A stretch of 64,000 nucleotides of DNA from Glycera tridactyla. Taxonomy: Eukaryota. Both the position numbers and the translations under genes were made by a program. This document shows, piece by piece, positions 1-12,352 of the stretch (position 1 is the stretch's first letter; each line of letters opens with the position of its first letter). Location of the stretch: positions 29,450,001-29,514,000 of the forward strand of contig OZ286462.1 of the NCBI GenBank assembly GCA_965644265.1. Direction: 5' to 3'. The notes under the pieces were generated by a model. That model was not told the DNA's origin. It saw nothing but the letters and a program-made list of their open reading frames with translations, and did no database searches.

Positions 1-944
1 TAGGAGGTCAGTAACAACAGGGTGCTGTCTACAGAAACGAGGCACAGGCTGTATGTGTAGCCTGCGGGCTGACATGACCTCAACATGACCTTTCAGGTGC
101 TGCTCTGTCCACCACCAACCACAGGTCATAATTATCTTCCTGATTTATACCTGAATAGATGTACTTGCATCTTATTCTGATGTCTGAGTCGCTGTGTAAC
201 ATCAGTGTCTACTATGCCACAAAAAAATCAATGGTGGCTGATATTTTGATACACTGGTTGGCTTTCCTTGGTGTATCTTCAGAATCACAAACATTCATAC
301 AAATTATGGATTTCACTGAAACAGTAGACTACAGAAAATGTTGGATTTGATGGAGACTCTTGATTATTGCCGGAAGCACATAAGATGGAAATATCAGGCT
401 TTCAAAAAATTTTGAAACATGAAATCCAACTCCCTTCAATTTATCATGAATGACAAACAACAGAGAAAAACCAAAGAATAAATACTGTATCAGTTGCTGC
501 CATCTTCTGGTGACGCTTGACCAAGATGACACAGAATGAATGAGGAGATGTTTGTTCACAAAAAAGGGGTGAAAAAAGAGACTCATGCCCATTATTTGAG
601 CCTGCACGGACGTGTAAATGTACATGCCAGTTGAAGGACCCAGTGACAGCGTCATGGATGACTGAGCAGGAAAACCACTGAGATGAGTTTCTAGCAAAGA
701 AAACACAACTGTTCTGCATGCCACCATGGATCCGCAAAATTACCAACATTAGTATGAAATGTTTTTTCATCATCAATGTGAAAAGATTTGTTCACATTTG
801 ATCCTACATTGCTCTAACATTGGACAGTGGATGAGATAAAACAATCTCAGACATTCAAAAGCATGCGGAGCAAAGTCCAGTCTTTAATAGAGTCTTTGCT
901 TAGATTGAACCCCCCCCCCCCCACGACACTGACACATACACTTA

Positions 945-948
945 CACA

Positions 949-1032
<84 letters not shown>
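945..1032. repeat. (CA)n microsatellite; other simple repeats include (AAT)n 10408-10502, (GA)n 26313-26376 and (CCTA)n 43396-43485
   Basis: Directly visible. Confidence 0.95.
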
Positions 1033-1033
<1 letters not shown>

Positions 1034-1825
1034 TCACACTGTCCCAAAAAGTTACCAGATGAGATGTCCTACTTTCAGATGCTGAAATGGACAGGGTGCA
1101 AGGAGATGATTTCCCACTTGCCCCTTGGTAGATGTGGTGGGCACATTGAAACCTACCCACCAGATGGACAGGTAAAAAATTAAAATAAATGCAATGAGCG
1201 AATAATGGAGGCATGCTGAATGTTTGAAGGGGGCAGGTAGATCTGAAAATGTACCTGCCCACCAGGCAGGTGGATAATCTTGATGTTGTCATGCCCTAAT
1301 GGAGAGGTATTGAAATCTTGGTAGTAGTGACTGGTCAAAACAGGTTTTTAAGATATGCTGACCTGTCTAGCCAGTCTGAACAGAACTAGGCAATCATGCA
1401 TGGTCACTGACACACTTCATTAAATAATCATGTAAACGAGTCTGGTAGGAAGACCTAACGCAGTTACTGGACAGTGAGATGTTGGCTACAAGACCACTGG
1501 TGGTTGCACAACAAAGTGCCCTCTGAAGACTGGTGGTCTGTGTGGAAAGTAAACAATATGATTGTGGTCACAGCTCAGGGGTGAACTTGGAGGCACAAAG
1601 TCTTCTTGGACAGGCTTCAAATCAGTTGGGGGGGGGGGGGGGCGACCCAGGGCATGCAGCCAATGATAGAATGACCTGCTTTATTGACCCATGAAGGAAT
1701 GATTGACCTGATAGGAGAAGTGTTGTGTTGCTGATAAGCTAAGCATCTTATCTTTCAAGTTGCTGGTATGTAAATGCATGCACCCACAAGCAGGATCAAG
1801 TGTGCTTCATTCCAGCCAAAAACTA

Positions 1826-1908
1826 CAGTCAAACCTCCCTATGAAGACCGCCTTCGGTCGCAACAAAAAGTGGCCTTTATAGGGAGGTGGTCTTTATAGA
1901 GGTCATTT
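1826..1908. mobile_element. Tc1/mariner-type (pogo/Tigger-like) MITE, one end only
   Basis: TA+CAGTCAAACC.., GACCGCCTTCGGTCGCA, AGGTGGTCTTTATAGA; truncated. Confidence 0.75.
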
Positions 1909-2950
1909 GAAGTAAGTAAGTAAGTAAGTCCGACTGTATCTGTCAAATTACTACTCAATCTCATAAGTTGACCACTCCTATCAAACACTCAAAACTTTCA
2001 TCAATATCTATGTCTGCCATCCTCAATGATATCCATGGAATTTGGATAAATTTCATTCTTCATCAATTATGAAATCAATAATCAATCTAAGTTCAATATG
2101 GTCGGATTCATATCCATACACAGAACAGATCTCTAAATGCATAGGACAATGGTGGTGACAGCTTGACTGGTTGAAAACCTTGTAAATTTGTTTCATGGTT
2201 ATGCATATTCATGGCATGAATATTCATCATGGCTTGTTACTGGCCAGATGAGCAGCTGGGGGTAATTTATGCAGCTTGAGACTGACTGCCTGCTTCCTCT
2301 TGAACGAATTGCAGTCTGCAAGCTTCTGGCAGATTGGCTGCCACACTGGTGCATTGGGATGCAAAGGTCACTGAGAGGAGGGGGAGGAGGAGGAGGGGGG
2401 GGGGGGGGTCTGGCATGTGCCCCTCCCCTATATCTCCACCCAAGTGATGACAGGCATGCTTCAAGCAAGTGTGTATTTTCCCATCATCTTCTATAAAAGT
2501 CATGGAATCTGAATTGGCACCAGGGAAATATTTTATGTCACTATTTTGGCTACATTATCCATTCCATTCTAGCCAAACTTATCCTGCTATAGCCAAATGC
2601 TTTGTGAAGTGACTTCATTTTTGCCAAGACATTCATTACATGCTGGTGTATTTAGTTCCTGGCATAAAAAAATGGGTTTGCACCCCCCCCCCCCCCCCCC
2701 CCCCCCCAATATTCTCAGACAAATACAGACTTCTCATGACTAGCATGAGATACATGAGTGGGACACAAAGCTGTCTTCCTTTCCTCCAGATTGATTTCTC
2801 TGAGCAAGTCTGGCTAAACATTTGTCAATTTCTTAAGCCAGATGGGAAAAACATTAGTTCCTGGGTAACTGGATAATGCCAATGCAGGGAATCGCAAGAA
2901 CAGCTTTAGGAGTCAACTACATGTATTCTGGAATTCCCACAGAGAATATA

Positions 2951-3126
2951 CAGTCGAACCTGCTATAAAGAGCACCTGTACAAAGCAACCACCTGCCTTG
3001 AGCAACCACTTACGAAAGCCCCTCCAGAGTATTTCTCACTATAATTAACCTGTATTAGACAACCACCTGCCTTGGGCAACCACTTTTCATTGTCCCAAGG
3101 GTGGTTTCTGAATACAGGTTTGACTG
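2951..3126. mobile_element. Tc1/mariner-type MITE, complete
   Basis: TA|CAGTCGAACCTG ... CAGGTTTGACTG|TA. Confidence 0.9.
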
Positions 3127-4762
3127 TACTTCAGTATTTGAGGGTAGGTGATCTTGTTCAAATCCACAAGAGATTACTTTGTAAATCTGTGCTTAAATCA
3201 TGCATATGATACAGAACAAAATCAAAACCTGATATGGGAAACTAATTCTGGGCATTGCATGCCTACATACAGGTAACCAGGGGCCTGCCTGGGTTAGCTC
3301 TAGTCAAAATCCACAAGGCCACAGGCTAACAGAGTTCAATCATCTTAAGGCAAACTGGTTGAGAGGCATTTGTACGTATCATCAATAATCACCCATCATT
3401 GTCTCCTGATCCATGACAAATCTGTGCTTGAGGCATGATTTTGGAAATCTCCGACTCCAAATTCATGCTTCAAAGATAGATTTCAGATGCATAAAATAAT
3501 AGAATATCTGCGAAAAATATGTTAATCAGATAAATTTAAGCTTTGGGTAAGGATACAACCATAATCTCAGACAGATTTTATGCAGATATTTGGCTCTAGC
3601 ATTAACATAACATCTAATATCACTAAAGTATGTGGGGACAGTCTGAACCTCTTGCATAACAGGGAATCATCAGTGATTTCACTAATGAGTCCTCCTTTGT
3701 GGAGTGCATGAAATGAGCAGGATGCACCTGGAAATTCATCGCTGCTCCAATCCAAAATGTCTGCCGCCATCACACTTCATAAATAGACTAGACATTACAT
3801 TTACGCTAAATGGCAGAGCTAATCCAATGTAAACTCATAAATTGCACATCAAACAGGATTTGCTGACCATCGACCATATCCGCTGACTGTTGACCGAATT
3901 TGTAGCCAGATAGGACCAGATACAGCTTTCACAGGTAAGTCAGTCTAACTGCAAGGCATATTTACTCAGAGCAGGTTGGGTGAGCTTATCGCCAGGTTTA
4001 TGACCGTAATATATAGCAGATAATGGTATTGGTAGAATACCTGAGTCATACCATGCTAAAAATACCCACATCCATATAGAATTCTACCTGCCTTGAGCTC
4101 GCCCTGCCCTAAACAAAACCTAGTGAATATCCTGCATTCAAAATTGCTGGTAAATGAGTGTTGTGAAAAGAGTTTGATATACAGTATAACCTGTTTCAAG
4201 AAACCAGCCTTGAGAAACTGAAACATTTTGATGCAATTGGGGTTGGTCTCAGTGGACAGTTTCCACTGTTGTTCCAAGATGCATAAGGCCATTTGCCATG
4301 TGGGTGACCAGGGTTTCCTCTATAGATTATTTTGAAGTCAAGTACTAAAGGAAAAATAATTATGCTGAAATGATTTGCTGAAATAATTTCTTATTCCTGA
4401 TGACACAAAGGTGGCGGTGGTGCTTCATTGTAGTTGAACCTTTTCCTAATTTCAATTGTTTTGGCTAAAAAAAGCAATAGAAATTAATCTGGCATAAGAT
4501 GCCATCAATTTTTCATATTGCTGAATTGTCTACCAATCACTTCTTGAATTGCTAAAAATATTTCCATTTCACTGAAATCATTCGCTAAAAGGTTTCTCAT
4601 CCTATAGGGATCCCAGGGTGCTGGCATCATGTCCTGAATACCTGCCACCAGCAATCTCCAAAAAGCCTTCAGCTCCCAGTGATTTGAGAGATTTTCCTGA
4701 ATCCTAGCTTGCACAAACCAGAATTTCCATGATTTCATGCAGAAGGTCACAGAAACTTAATA

Positions 4763-4916
4763 CAGTAAAACCTCTTCTGTGAGACCCCTCTTTTGGGACT
4801 GCTTTTCATCGGTTCTTTCTTTTTTGACATAGTCAAATATACCTCCAATGAGACCAACTGTTATGAGACCGCTTGTGGGTGGCATTTGGGGTGGTCTCAC
4901 AAAAGAGGTTTTACTA
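4763..4916. mobile_element. Tc1/mariner-type MITE, CAGTAAAACC subfamily
   Basis: TA|CAGTAAAACCTCTT ... AAGAGGTTTTACTA; internal GTCAAATATACCTCC. Confidence 0.8.
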
Positions 4917-7900
4917 TTGATGTATTACATACATGGGTAATTTTTCACCAATACTTTTATGTAGCTCTCTAACACAGGTCTATAATTAGAAAAGCAAGCT
5001 GGCGGTGTTACACTTCAGTGAATAATGAATCCACATAGGCTGGATTATCAAGCTGCCTAGAGGGATATTTATGCATCCTCAACACATGCTAGAGAAAATA
5101 CACACACACACACACACACACACACCTGTAGATGGAAACAGGGTAAGCCGGATGGAGGGTGTACCTTGTGGTTAGAATGACCATGTCGGGGTCTGGGAGA
5201 ACTGAAATTAAATCTGCATGCATGAGTGGACACTGTTTTCACATCCACCCACATCTGACTACAGTGTTTCTCATCAGTGTGGCTATTCAGTCACTCTACA
5301 GTATGAGATAAACTCATGTTTGGTGAGGTATATTTGTGCACCAATCTAAAATGTGCTTACGGTAATTACACATCACACACCATTTTATGGGGCCACATAT
5401 GCTCGTTCACACATGCAAATTGAACCAGTGATTAGCGTGAGCAATATCCAAGAATATTTCTATCCTCCCTCCCCAAACCGTGCATGGGTCATCTTACATT
5501 TTTTTTAATACATGTACAATGTGTGGGACTGGAGTGATACAAGAGGTCCTTACAAATTGCATTCAATTGGTTTCATGTTGTAATTTCACAAATCCACTCC
5601 TCAAACAAATTACCATAGCTGGAATACCCCAGATACCTACTCAGTTTTGATAGCATTCAATTTGAAAATCTGAGACAAATCTGATAAATGCAACCAAATC
5701 TTACATGACTCACATCTGAACTGGCACTAGTGCAGAATATTCTTCAGCAAATTTGACTGAAGCCAGGAAGACAGGAGACTTTAGGCAATGGTTTACTCAG
5801 AAGAAAATCCACATGTTTCTTGCTGATTGAATACATCATGAATCTGTCTGTCTATATGTACCATATTCCAAACATAAACTCCAGATGTTCAAGAAAGTGA
5901 CAAGAAGATAAGTATAATGATCTATAGAATGCTCCTGAGATTCTCTTTTGGAAAGTGGGTGAAGCTCAGTGGATTTCTTTAGCCAACTTAGCTGAGTCTT
6001 ACCTCATGGCTATTTGGCTAGAGACAAGAGCTGACACAGCATACAGTGTCACAGGAGCAAGACATAACTCATGTCATGCATGGAGCAACAATACTGTACA
6101 TAGAATGATAATAATCTTCCCATGGGAGACACTCTTCCACCTGAGTGAGTCTAGGTCACAAATGAAAGGGTGGTGTCCTACTTCTTTGCATGGTAACGAT
6201 AACTCACACAGCTATACAACTGTAGACATATTTCATGAAGTTTGGGGGCATCAGAACAGTGTTAGATTCAGACTAGTTGCCGCTGTGAGATCATCCATCA
6301 TAATGCTCATGGTTATGTGCATTTGTACTGGTGGGCATGTTTGGATATTGATACAGATAGTTTTCCAGTTCCTTAAAGACAATTAAGGCAAATTATCTAG
6401 GCAATATTCTATTTCCCTCTTATGGATTTTTAGCAGAATATAAATAATATTTTAAATATAAAATATGAATGAAATATAAGCTTGGGTGTTAGTCACTCAA
6501 AGTGAAACCGAATAGCTTCCATAAATTTGATCAAATTCCATGAACCAAGAAGCCAATTTGTCCACTAATATGCTAATGCCAAAACTAGTGTTCACCTTGT
6601 CGAGTTGGGACTTACAACTGATGACTAGGTGATGTGTGATTTACTATGATTGATCAATACTTGCGATCTACAGGTTCAATCCTGGCATGTGTATATGAAA
6701 CTGAAACCGTGGAGTCAATTCTCACATACATGTATATTGTTAACTATATGACATAGGTATTCTGAGTTGATAGGGAACGCCTGAACCCCTAACTAACACT
6801 ATACTAATAAGCAACAATCCCACAAACCACAAATTCTTCACATGGAAATGCTCTTTAATTCTAGTGAGCACAGCTGATCATCAGGACACCACTTCAGCAT
6901 ATATTTATCTAAGTAGGTCATGTGGTGCTTGAGTTACTCAGCTCACCGAATACATTACATCTGACAGCTCTGAAATACACATCCCAATCACCATGAAAGG
7001 GAAAATCAACTAGAAGTTACCGCTTCACCAATGTAGCCTATGAAAAGCTTACATTAGATATGGGAGAAGGACAGACAGTGGTAATAATGAGTAGAGTTTG
7101 TAACCTGGATATGCAATCACATTAAGTAGGGCACGTCTAACGTGTAAAGGTGACAACCTCAAAAGCGTCGCTAGAAACAACATAATTTTTGTCCATAACG
7201 CAGAATGTCGCGCCAATATTCGACCGAATAAGCATTCGCCAAAAACGGAAAGTGAAAGGATCGGTTGAATGAGGTGATGAAGGCATCAATTTCGTTCAAA
7301 AATAGAATTTTAAAGGTGTCAGAGTCGTGAGAGCAGTAACGTGACCTAGATTCAAGTGCGGCAACGGCGTTCCGTTTGAAGACGTATCTTATACAGGTAA
7401 CCCGTACAGGTGTGCTATAAAAACGCGTAAAATTGCGTAGAGCGGACTGGTAGCAGAATAAATCAATCACTTACCATCGACACTGGAATAATCTTGTGCC
7501 TGTATGGAAGAAAGACACAAAGATAGCGATAAAATCGCTAGAGACGGTAAACTCCACCAGTGCTCCATGCTTGATGTGCTGAGCGACCGAGCGCCGATCC
7601 ACTTATGGGGAACCCCCATTCAGCCCGGCCTCATTTGCATGCGCGCGACCGGAGATTCTCCCTTGCACACATGTGCTCGCGCGGATGCTGGTCCGTGGTC
7701 CTCGGCCCCTTTCTTCCGCATGACTAGTGATGTATTAACTTACAAACATGGTCCAAATACTATGGTGAGTAGCAACGTTTACCAAAATATCAANNNNNNN
7801 NNNNNNNNNNNNNNNNNNNNNNNNNNNNNNNNNNNNNNNNNNNNNNNNNNNNNNNNNNNNNNNNNNNNNNNNNNNNNNNNNNNNNNNNNNNNNNNNNNNN

Positions 7901-8251
7901 NNNNNNNNNNNNNNNNNNNNNNNNNNNNNNNNNNNNNNNNNNNNNNNNNNNNNNNNNNNNNNNNNNNNNNNNNNNNNNNNNNNNNAAACACAAATGATTG
8001 GCAATATATAGCTGCACCTCGAATCAGATGTCAGTTCTTACATATTCATACCCACATCATTTATCACGCCAAACAATTCTTTTAAATGTCTTCATCAAGG
8101 GCATAGCAGGCTGAAAATTACAACCTTCACTGACTGGAGCATTGTAATGCTGCGGAAGCTCTCGCAGCACCATCGGTGGTATTAGTGGAAGTATTCCAGA
8201 TAAAGTAGGGTTAGGGTTAGAAAAATACCTATGCCATTATTAAAAGTGCAA

Positions 8252-8402
8252 CAGTCTCTGAATACCATCTTTCTATAAAGACCACCCTGATCTGCAACCG
8301 TGGTAGTATTCTCAACAGTAAATCACCTCTCTATGAAGATCACCTCCTTTAAAGGCCATTTTATATGAGACAGGAGGCGGTCTTTATAGAGAGGCTTGAC
8401 TG
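8252..8402. mobile_element. Tc1/mariner-type MITE, degraded left end
   Basis: Family core CAACCGTGGTAGTATT..CAACAGTAAAT; right TIR GAGGCTTGACTG|TA. Confidence 0.75.
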
Positions 8403-8507
8403 TATAGTAGTGGTATTGTTAGTTTTTTGTCGAAGATTCGTATTGTTTTGGTTGTTGATGTTACTGCCTCTGATGTTGTTTTTGGTAGTCACATTGATTG
8501 TTGTTGC

Positions 8508-8545
<38 letters not shown>

Positions 8546-9022
8546 ATTTGTATACACACGATCGTTCTTATCCCAGTTTTTAGTTTGGTCGGCTTATTTA
8601 TGACGTGACATGATGGGGTCTGACTTCTGAGCTCGTGATCCTTTTTGGAATTCATCCAACCGCTATTTCCTGGTAACGGAATCAATGATTCACACTCCGC
8701 TACTCCTACCTTAGAATCTCATCATACTATGTCAACAAAGAATGTCAGCCCCGCCCACCCCACTAACGCACAACCAACAAACACACATGGTCACAGTCAT
8801 GAAAATTCCGTTATACACACTAGTCACAAATGACAAAGTCGACCATGTATACTCAACGGGAAACTGTACCCTACCGACCGGCACTGACATCAGTTCAACA
8901 TCTGTGGCGTTACCGGCACCGGCAGTTTCAATAAGAACTATGATTCAATAAGGATTCAATGATATTTATTAATGGAGATGGGAGAATGTCTCCTCATTTC
9001 CAGCCCCTACTTTACATTGATA

Positions 9023-9373
9023 CAGTCAAACCTGCTCTAAAGATCACCTCTCTATAAAAACCGCCTCTCTATGAAGGCAAACCTGGGCTGCGATCGTGGT
9101 CGTATTTTCAACAGTAAATTACCCTTCTATAAAGACCACCTGCCGATAAAGGCCCCTTTATGTGCACCTGAAGGCGGTTTTTGTAGACAGGTTCGACTGT
9201 ACAGTTGGAGCTTTCTACCAAGACCACCCATCGATCACATGGCCTCGTAGATGGGCTTGCCATGATAGAGAGTGCATTTACCGTAGAAAATACTCACGGT
9301 CGCAGCCCAGGATGACCTTTGTATCCAGGTGGCCTCTCCATTATAAAGGTGGTCGCTCAAGTAGGTTCGACAG
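9023..9373. mobile_element. Two adjacent MITEs (9023-9199 and 9202-9373) in opposite orientation sharing one TA
   Basis: TA|CAGTCAAACC...GTTCGACTG|TA|CAGTT...GTTCGACAG|TA; the internal cores are reverse complements. Confidence 0.85.
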
Positions 9374-10468
9374 TACATGTGATATAAGATATGGAATATG
9401 TGTTACACTCATTGCATGTGAAAATATCGTCGAATGACCGATTAGATGACTGTCTGACTGGCACGTGGTCTAATGGGCATATCGCTGCATATTCAAACAT
9501 TCAATCAACCACCCAATCGATCAATTAATCAACAGATGGATCGATCGATCAATCAGTTGATAATCTAATCAAGTAATGAATTAAATTCTCGAATGCGCCG
9601 GCAGANNNNNNNNNNNNNNNNNNNNNNNNNNNNNNNNNNNNNNNNNNNNNNNNNNNNNNNNNNNNNNNNNNNNNNNNNNNNNNNNNNNNNNNNNNNNNNN
9701 NNNNNNNNNNNNNNNNNNNNNNNNNNNNNNNNNNNNNNNNNNNNNNNNNNNNNNNNNNNNNNNNNNNNNNNNNNNNNNNNNNNNNNNNNNNNNNNNNNNN
9801 NNNNNNNNNNNNNNNNNNNNNNNNNNNNNNTACGAGAAACTACACCAGGGCATCAAATTTGGTGATCAAACACCAAGCAGTTAATCCCTGCCCAATGATT
9901 TAGTGGGGTAATCACTTGCCCAATGTCTTCAACCTCAAACTTCTTCATTGTTAGAATTATTCCCCAGATGCTATTTCGGTGGCCCGAGAGCCCACATCAC
10001 GGCCCCTGACTCTAGGAGGGATACGTCTGGTTGATGCTTGATTGATTGGGCGTTGTTTGACGTCCTCTTGACACCACGTGGGCCATTCCAGGCTGACCCC
10101 CTCTCCTCCACGCATCTGGTTCGCACGGATCCCGGGCATGTTTCACAAGTGGGACCATCGTGCCCATTGAGCCAACAACTCCGACTAATGGTCTGAATTT
10201 CAAGAGGTACTTCAGGGCACAGAAACGATGATATTCATAATAATACATGTAACACTATCTGACATAATGATTATGACGATGATGATGATAACAACACTAA
10301 TGAAGATATCAATAATGAATAATGGTTGCAGTGATGGTCAATAATCAATACAACAAAGATCAATGATAGTAATACTGACACTCCTGATGATAACAATAGG
10401 TAGTAGAAATGATGATAATAATGATAATAATAATAATAATAATGATAATAATAATAATAATAATAATG

Positions 10469-10503
<35 letters not shown>

Positions 10504-10623
10504 TGGGGCTCACCCAACCAGAGGACCCAAGAAGACAGAATGTCTGACTTATAGGGAGATGGACCCATCTAACGACGGAACACAAAAACCAGAGAAAAAA
10601 CGCAAACGAAACCCTCCTGAACT

Positions 10624-11055
10624 CACATTTACCCACACGACAATGGACAATGCCCCTGTTTCCAAGGAAACAGGTGACGTCATAATGGAAAGCGCGGTAG
10701 AGCCAACAGATGTCACTCCGATGCCTACCAGTGCCAACAACACAGACAGACCACTGAGTAAATCAATTTCCGATTTTAATGTGCCAGTTTTCAAATTACT
10801 GCAGACTCACGCACAGAACAATGAATACCCAACAGTGAAAACACATTTACCAACACGACAATGGACAATGCCCCTGTTTCCAAGGAAACAGGTGACGTCA
10901 TAATGGAAAGCGCGGTAGAGCCAACAGATGTCACCCCGATGCCTACCAGTGCCAACAACACAGACAGACCACTGAGCAAATCTATTTCCGATTTTAATAT
11001 GCCAGTTTTCAAATTACTGCAGACTCACGCACAGAACGATGAATATCCAACAGTG
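10624..11055 (+). repeat. Tandem duplication, period 218 bp (10624-10837 and 10842-11055)
   Basis: Near-identical copies; MDNAPVSKETGDVIMESAVEPTD appears in two frames in the ORF track. Confidence 0.95.
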
Positions 11056-11690
11056 TCTACCATCGAGAGAGAAGAAATCGAATCTAACTACACGCCACCA
11101 TCGATATCCACTGAGCGAAAAAATCCAGAAGAACGAATAAGAAGACTTCTCAAGATGAACATCCCAAGAAAAATCCACACCAGCAGTCGACACCTCTATT
11201 TATACTGTGAAACCCCGGTTTTTCAGTCAAACCAACACTTAAAAGACTCCAGAACTTTGTGATGTTCTTGCATTTATACCTGAGTGTACAACACATCCAC
11301 CCCTCACCCACAACCAACACACACACAGAATAACACAATCACAATCACGCAATCACACAAATATCACACAACATCTCCACCTCTCGATTTATTGATTCAA
11401 ACCAGCTATGATTGTATTTAATTGATGTACGAGGTTCATTGAATCACGCAAACCCAATGAATGGACCCAATTCGGAATGAACAGTCATGAATATTCCGAG
11501 AACAAGTAAGATTAACAAACAATGGGAACCTGAACATTATGACAGAACAATAGGCCGTACGAGCCTATCACGCGATAGTAATATAGGTCACGCAATGCAT
11601 GATGGGTAACCAAGGACTATAAGAACAAGGGGCAGACTGAGACTCCCTCAGTTTGCCTTTGGTAGAACGCCGGTAAGCATACCTTACCAC

Positions 11691-11730
11691 ACACCTGACG
11701 AAGGCCAGCCAGGGCCGAAAGTACTCGTGT
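11691..11730 (+). ncRNA. Minimal type-I hammerhead ribozyme motif (Penelope-like type)
   Basis: ACAC-CTGACGA-A-GGCC-AGCCAG-GGCC-GAAA-GTAC-TC-GTGT: helix I ACAC/GTGT, core CUGANGA, helix II GGCC/GGCC, GAAA, palindromic helix III GTAC. Predicted cleavage after C11726. Confidence 0.8.
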
Positions 11731-11976
11731 ATTAAAAGGTACAAAGCTTCACCCAATCTACCAAGGCAAAACTACTTTATTCATTGAATATTTGTATTTA
11801 CTGAATAAATATACGAGCAGTTGTACAACTGTTGTGGTGTTTAGTGCTTATAAATATTACTACTTTTAAACACCACTTCTGAATTGCCGTGTGCAATCCA
11901 GTTGTACACACCCAAAGGTCCATCTCTCCAACAAATCCTCCACTTAAGCTTGGGCGTTGTGTCACTCGACAACTAC

Positions 11977-12010
<34 letters not shown>

Positions 12011-12011
<1 letters not shown>

Positions 12012-12352
12012 TGTGGAGGAAGAAGACCCAACGAATCACATACTCCAAAGTAGACGATGTATTCCTCTGGTTACATCATCATCAGTAGACAAATGGACAT
12101 GCAGAGAACATGCAGACAAGAGCGACTCGATACATGGCACACCGGGTACTTGATGAATATTACTAAGAAGAGCTCAGGCTCCGTGGAGACTCAGGGAGAG
12201 TCCACAAAGCTTTTCGGACTGTGTCCTCATCAGGTGGTATTTGATCTACCCAAGATACCTAGAGCCTGAGCACCAGAGGAAAGGAGCTGATTCCACTGGC
12301 ATCAGAAGTACCTAAGCTACCCTTCTGGGGGATAAGTACCCCCGATGTGGGG
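12011..12352 (-). mobile_element. Putative solo pLTR or retrozyme-like element bounded by (AAT)n
   Basis: 342-bp block between (AAT)11 (11978-12010) and (AAT)4 (12353-12364), with a central minus-strand hammerhead. Confidence 0.5.
12202..12237 (-). ncRNA. Minimal type-I hammerhead ribozyme motif (Penelope-like type)
   Basis: Minus strand reads CCAC-CTGATGA-GGAC-ACA-GTCC-GAAA-AGCT-TT-GTGG: helix I CCAC/GTGG, exact CUGAUGA core, helix II GGAC/GTCC, palindromic helix III AGCT. Predicted cleavage between 12206 and 12205. Confidence 0.85.

Larger units (their letters stand above)
10503..11977 (+). mobile_element. Putative Penelope-like or non-autonomous retroelement bounded by (AAT)n
   Basis: 1475-bp block between (AAT)n runs. 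Carries a low-complexity ORF-like region with a basic KKRKR motif and an internal 218-bp duplication, plus a hammerhead motif near its 3' end. No RT or GIY-YIG seen, so the class is inferred. Confidence 0.45.

Noticed and set aside
2790-2880. PGTNVFPIWLKKLTNV (minus; LINE-like) or SEQVWLNICQFL (plus; F-box-like)
   Set aside because: Two incompatible weak readings of under 30 codons; neither extends.
9222-9230. GLI-like GACCACCCA and GACCACC motifs spread by the MITE family
   Set aside because: They are part of the MITE's subterminal repeats; there is one exact match and no evidence of function.
10137-10230. CFTSGTIVP resembling a Hint/intein start
   Set aside because: No further Hint blocks follow, there is an upstream in-frame stop, and the frame closes after about 30 codons.
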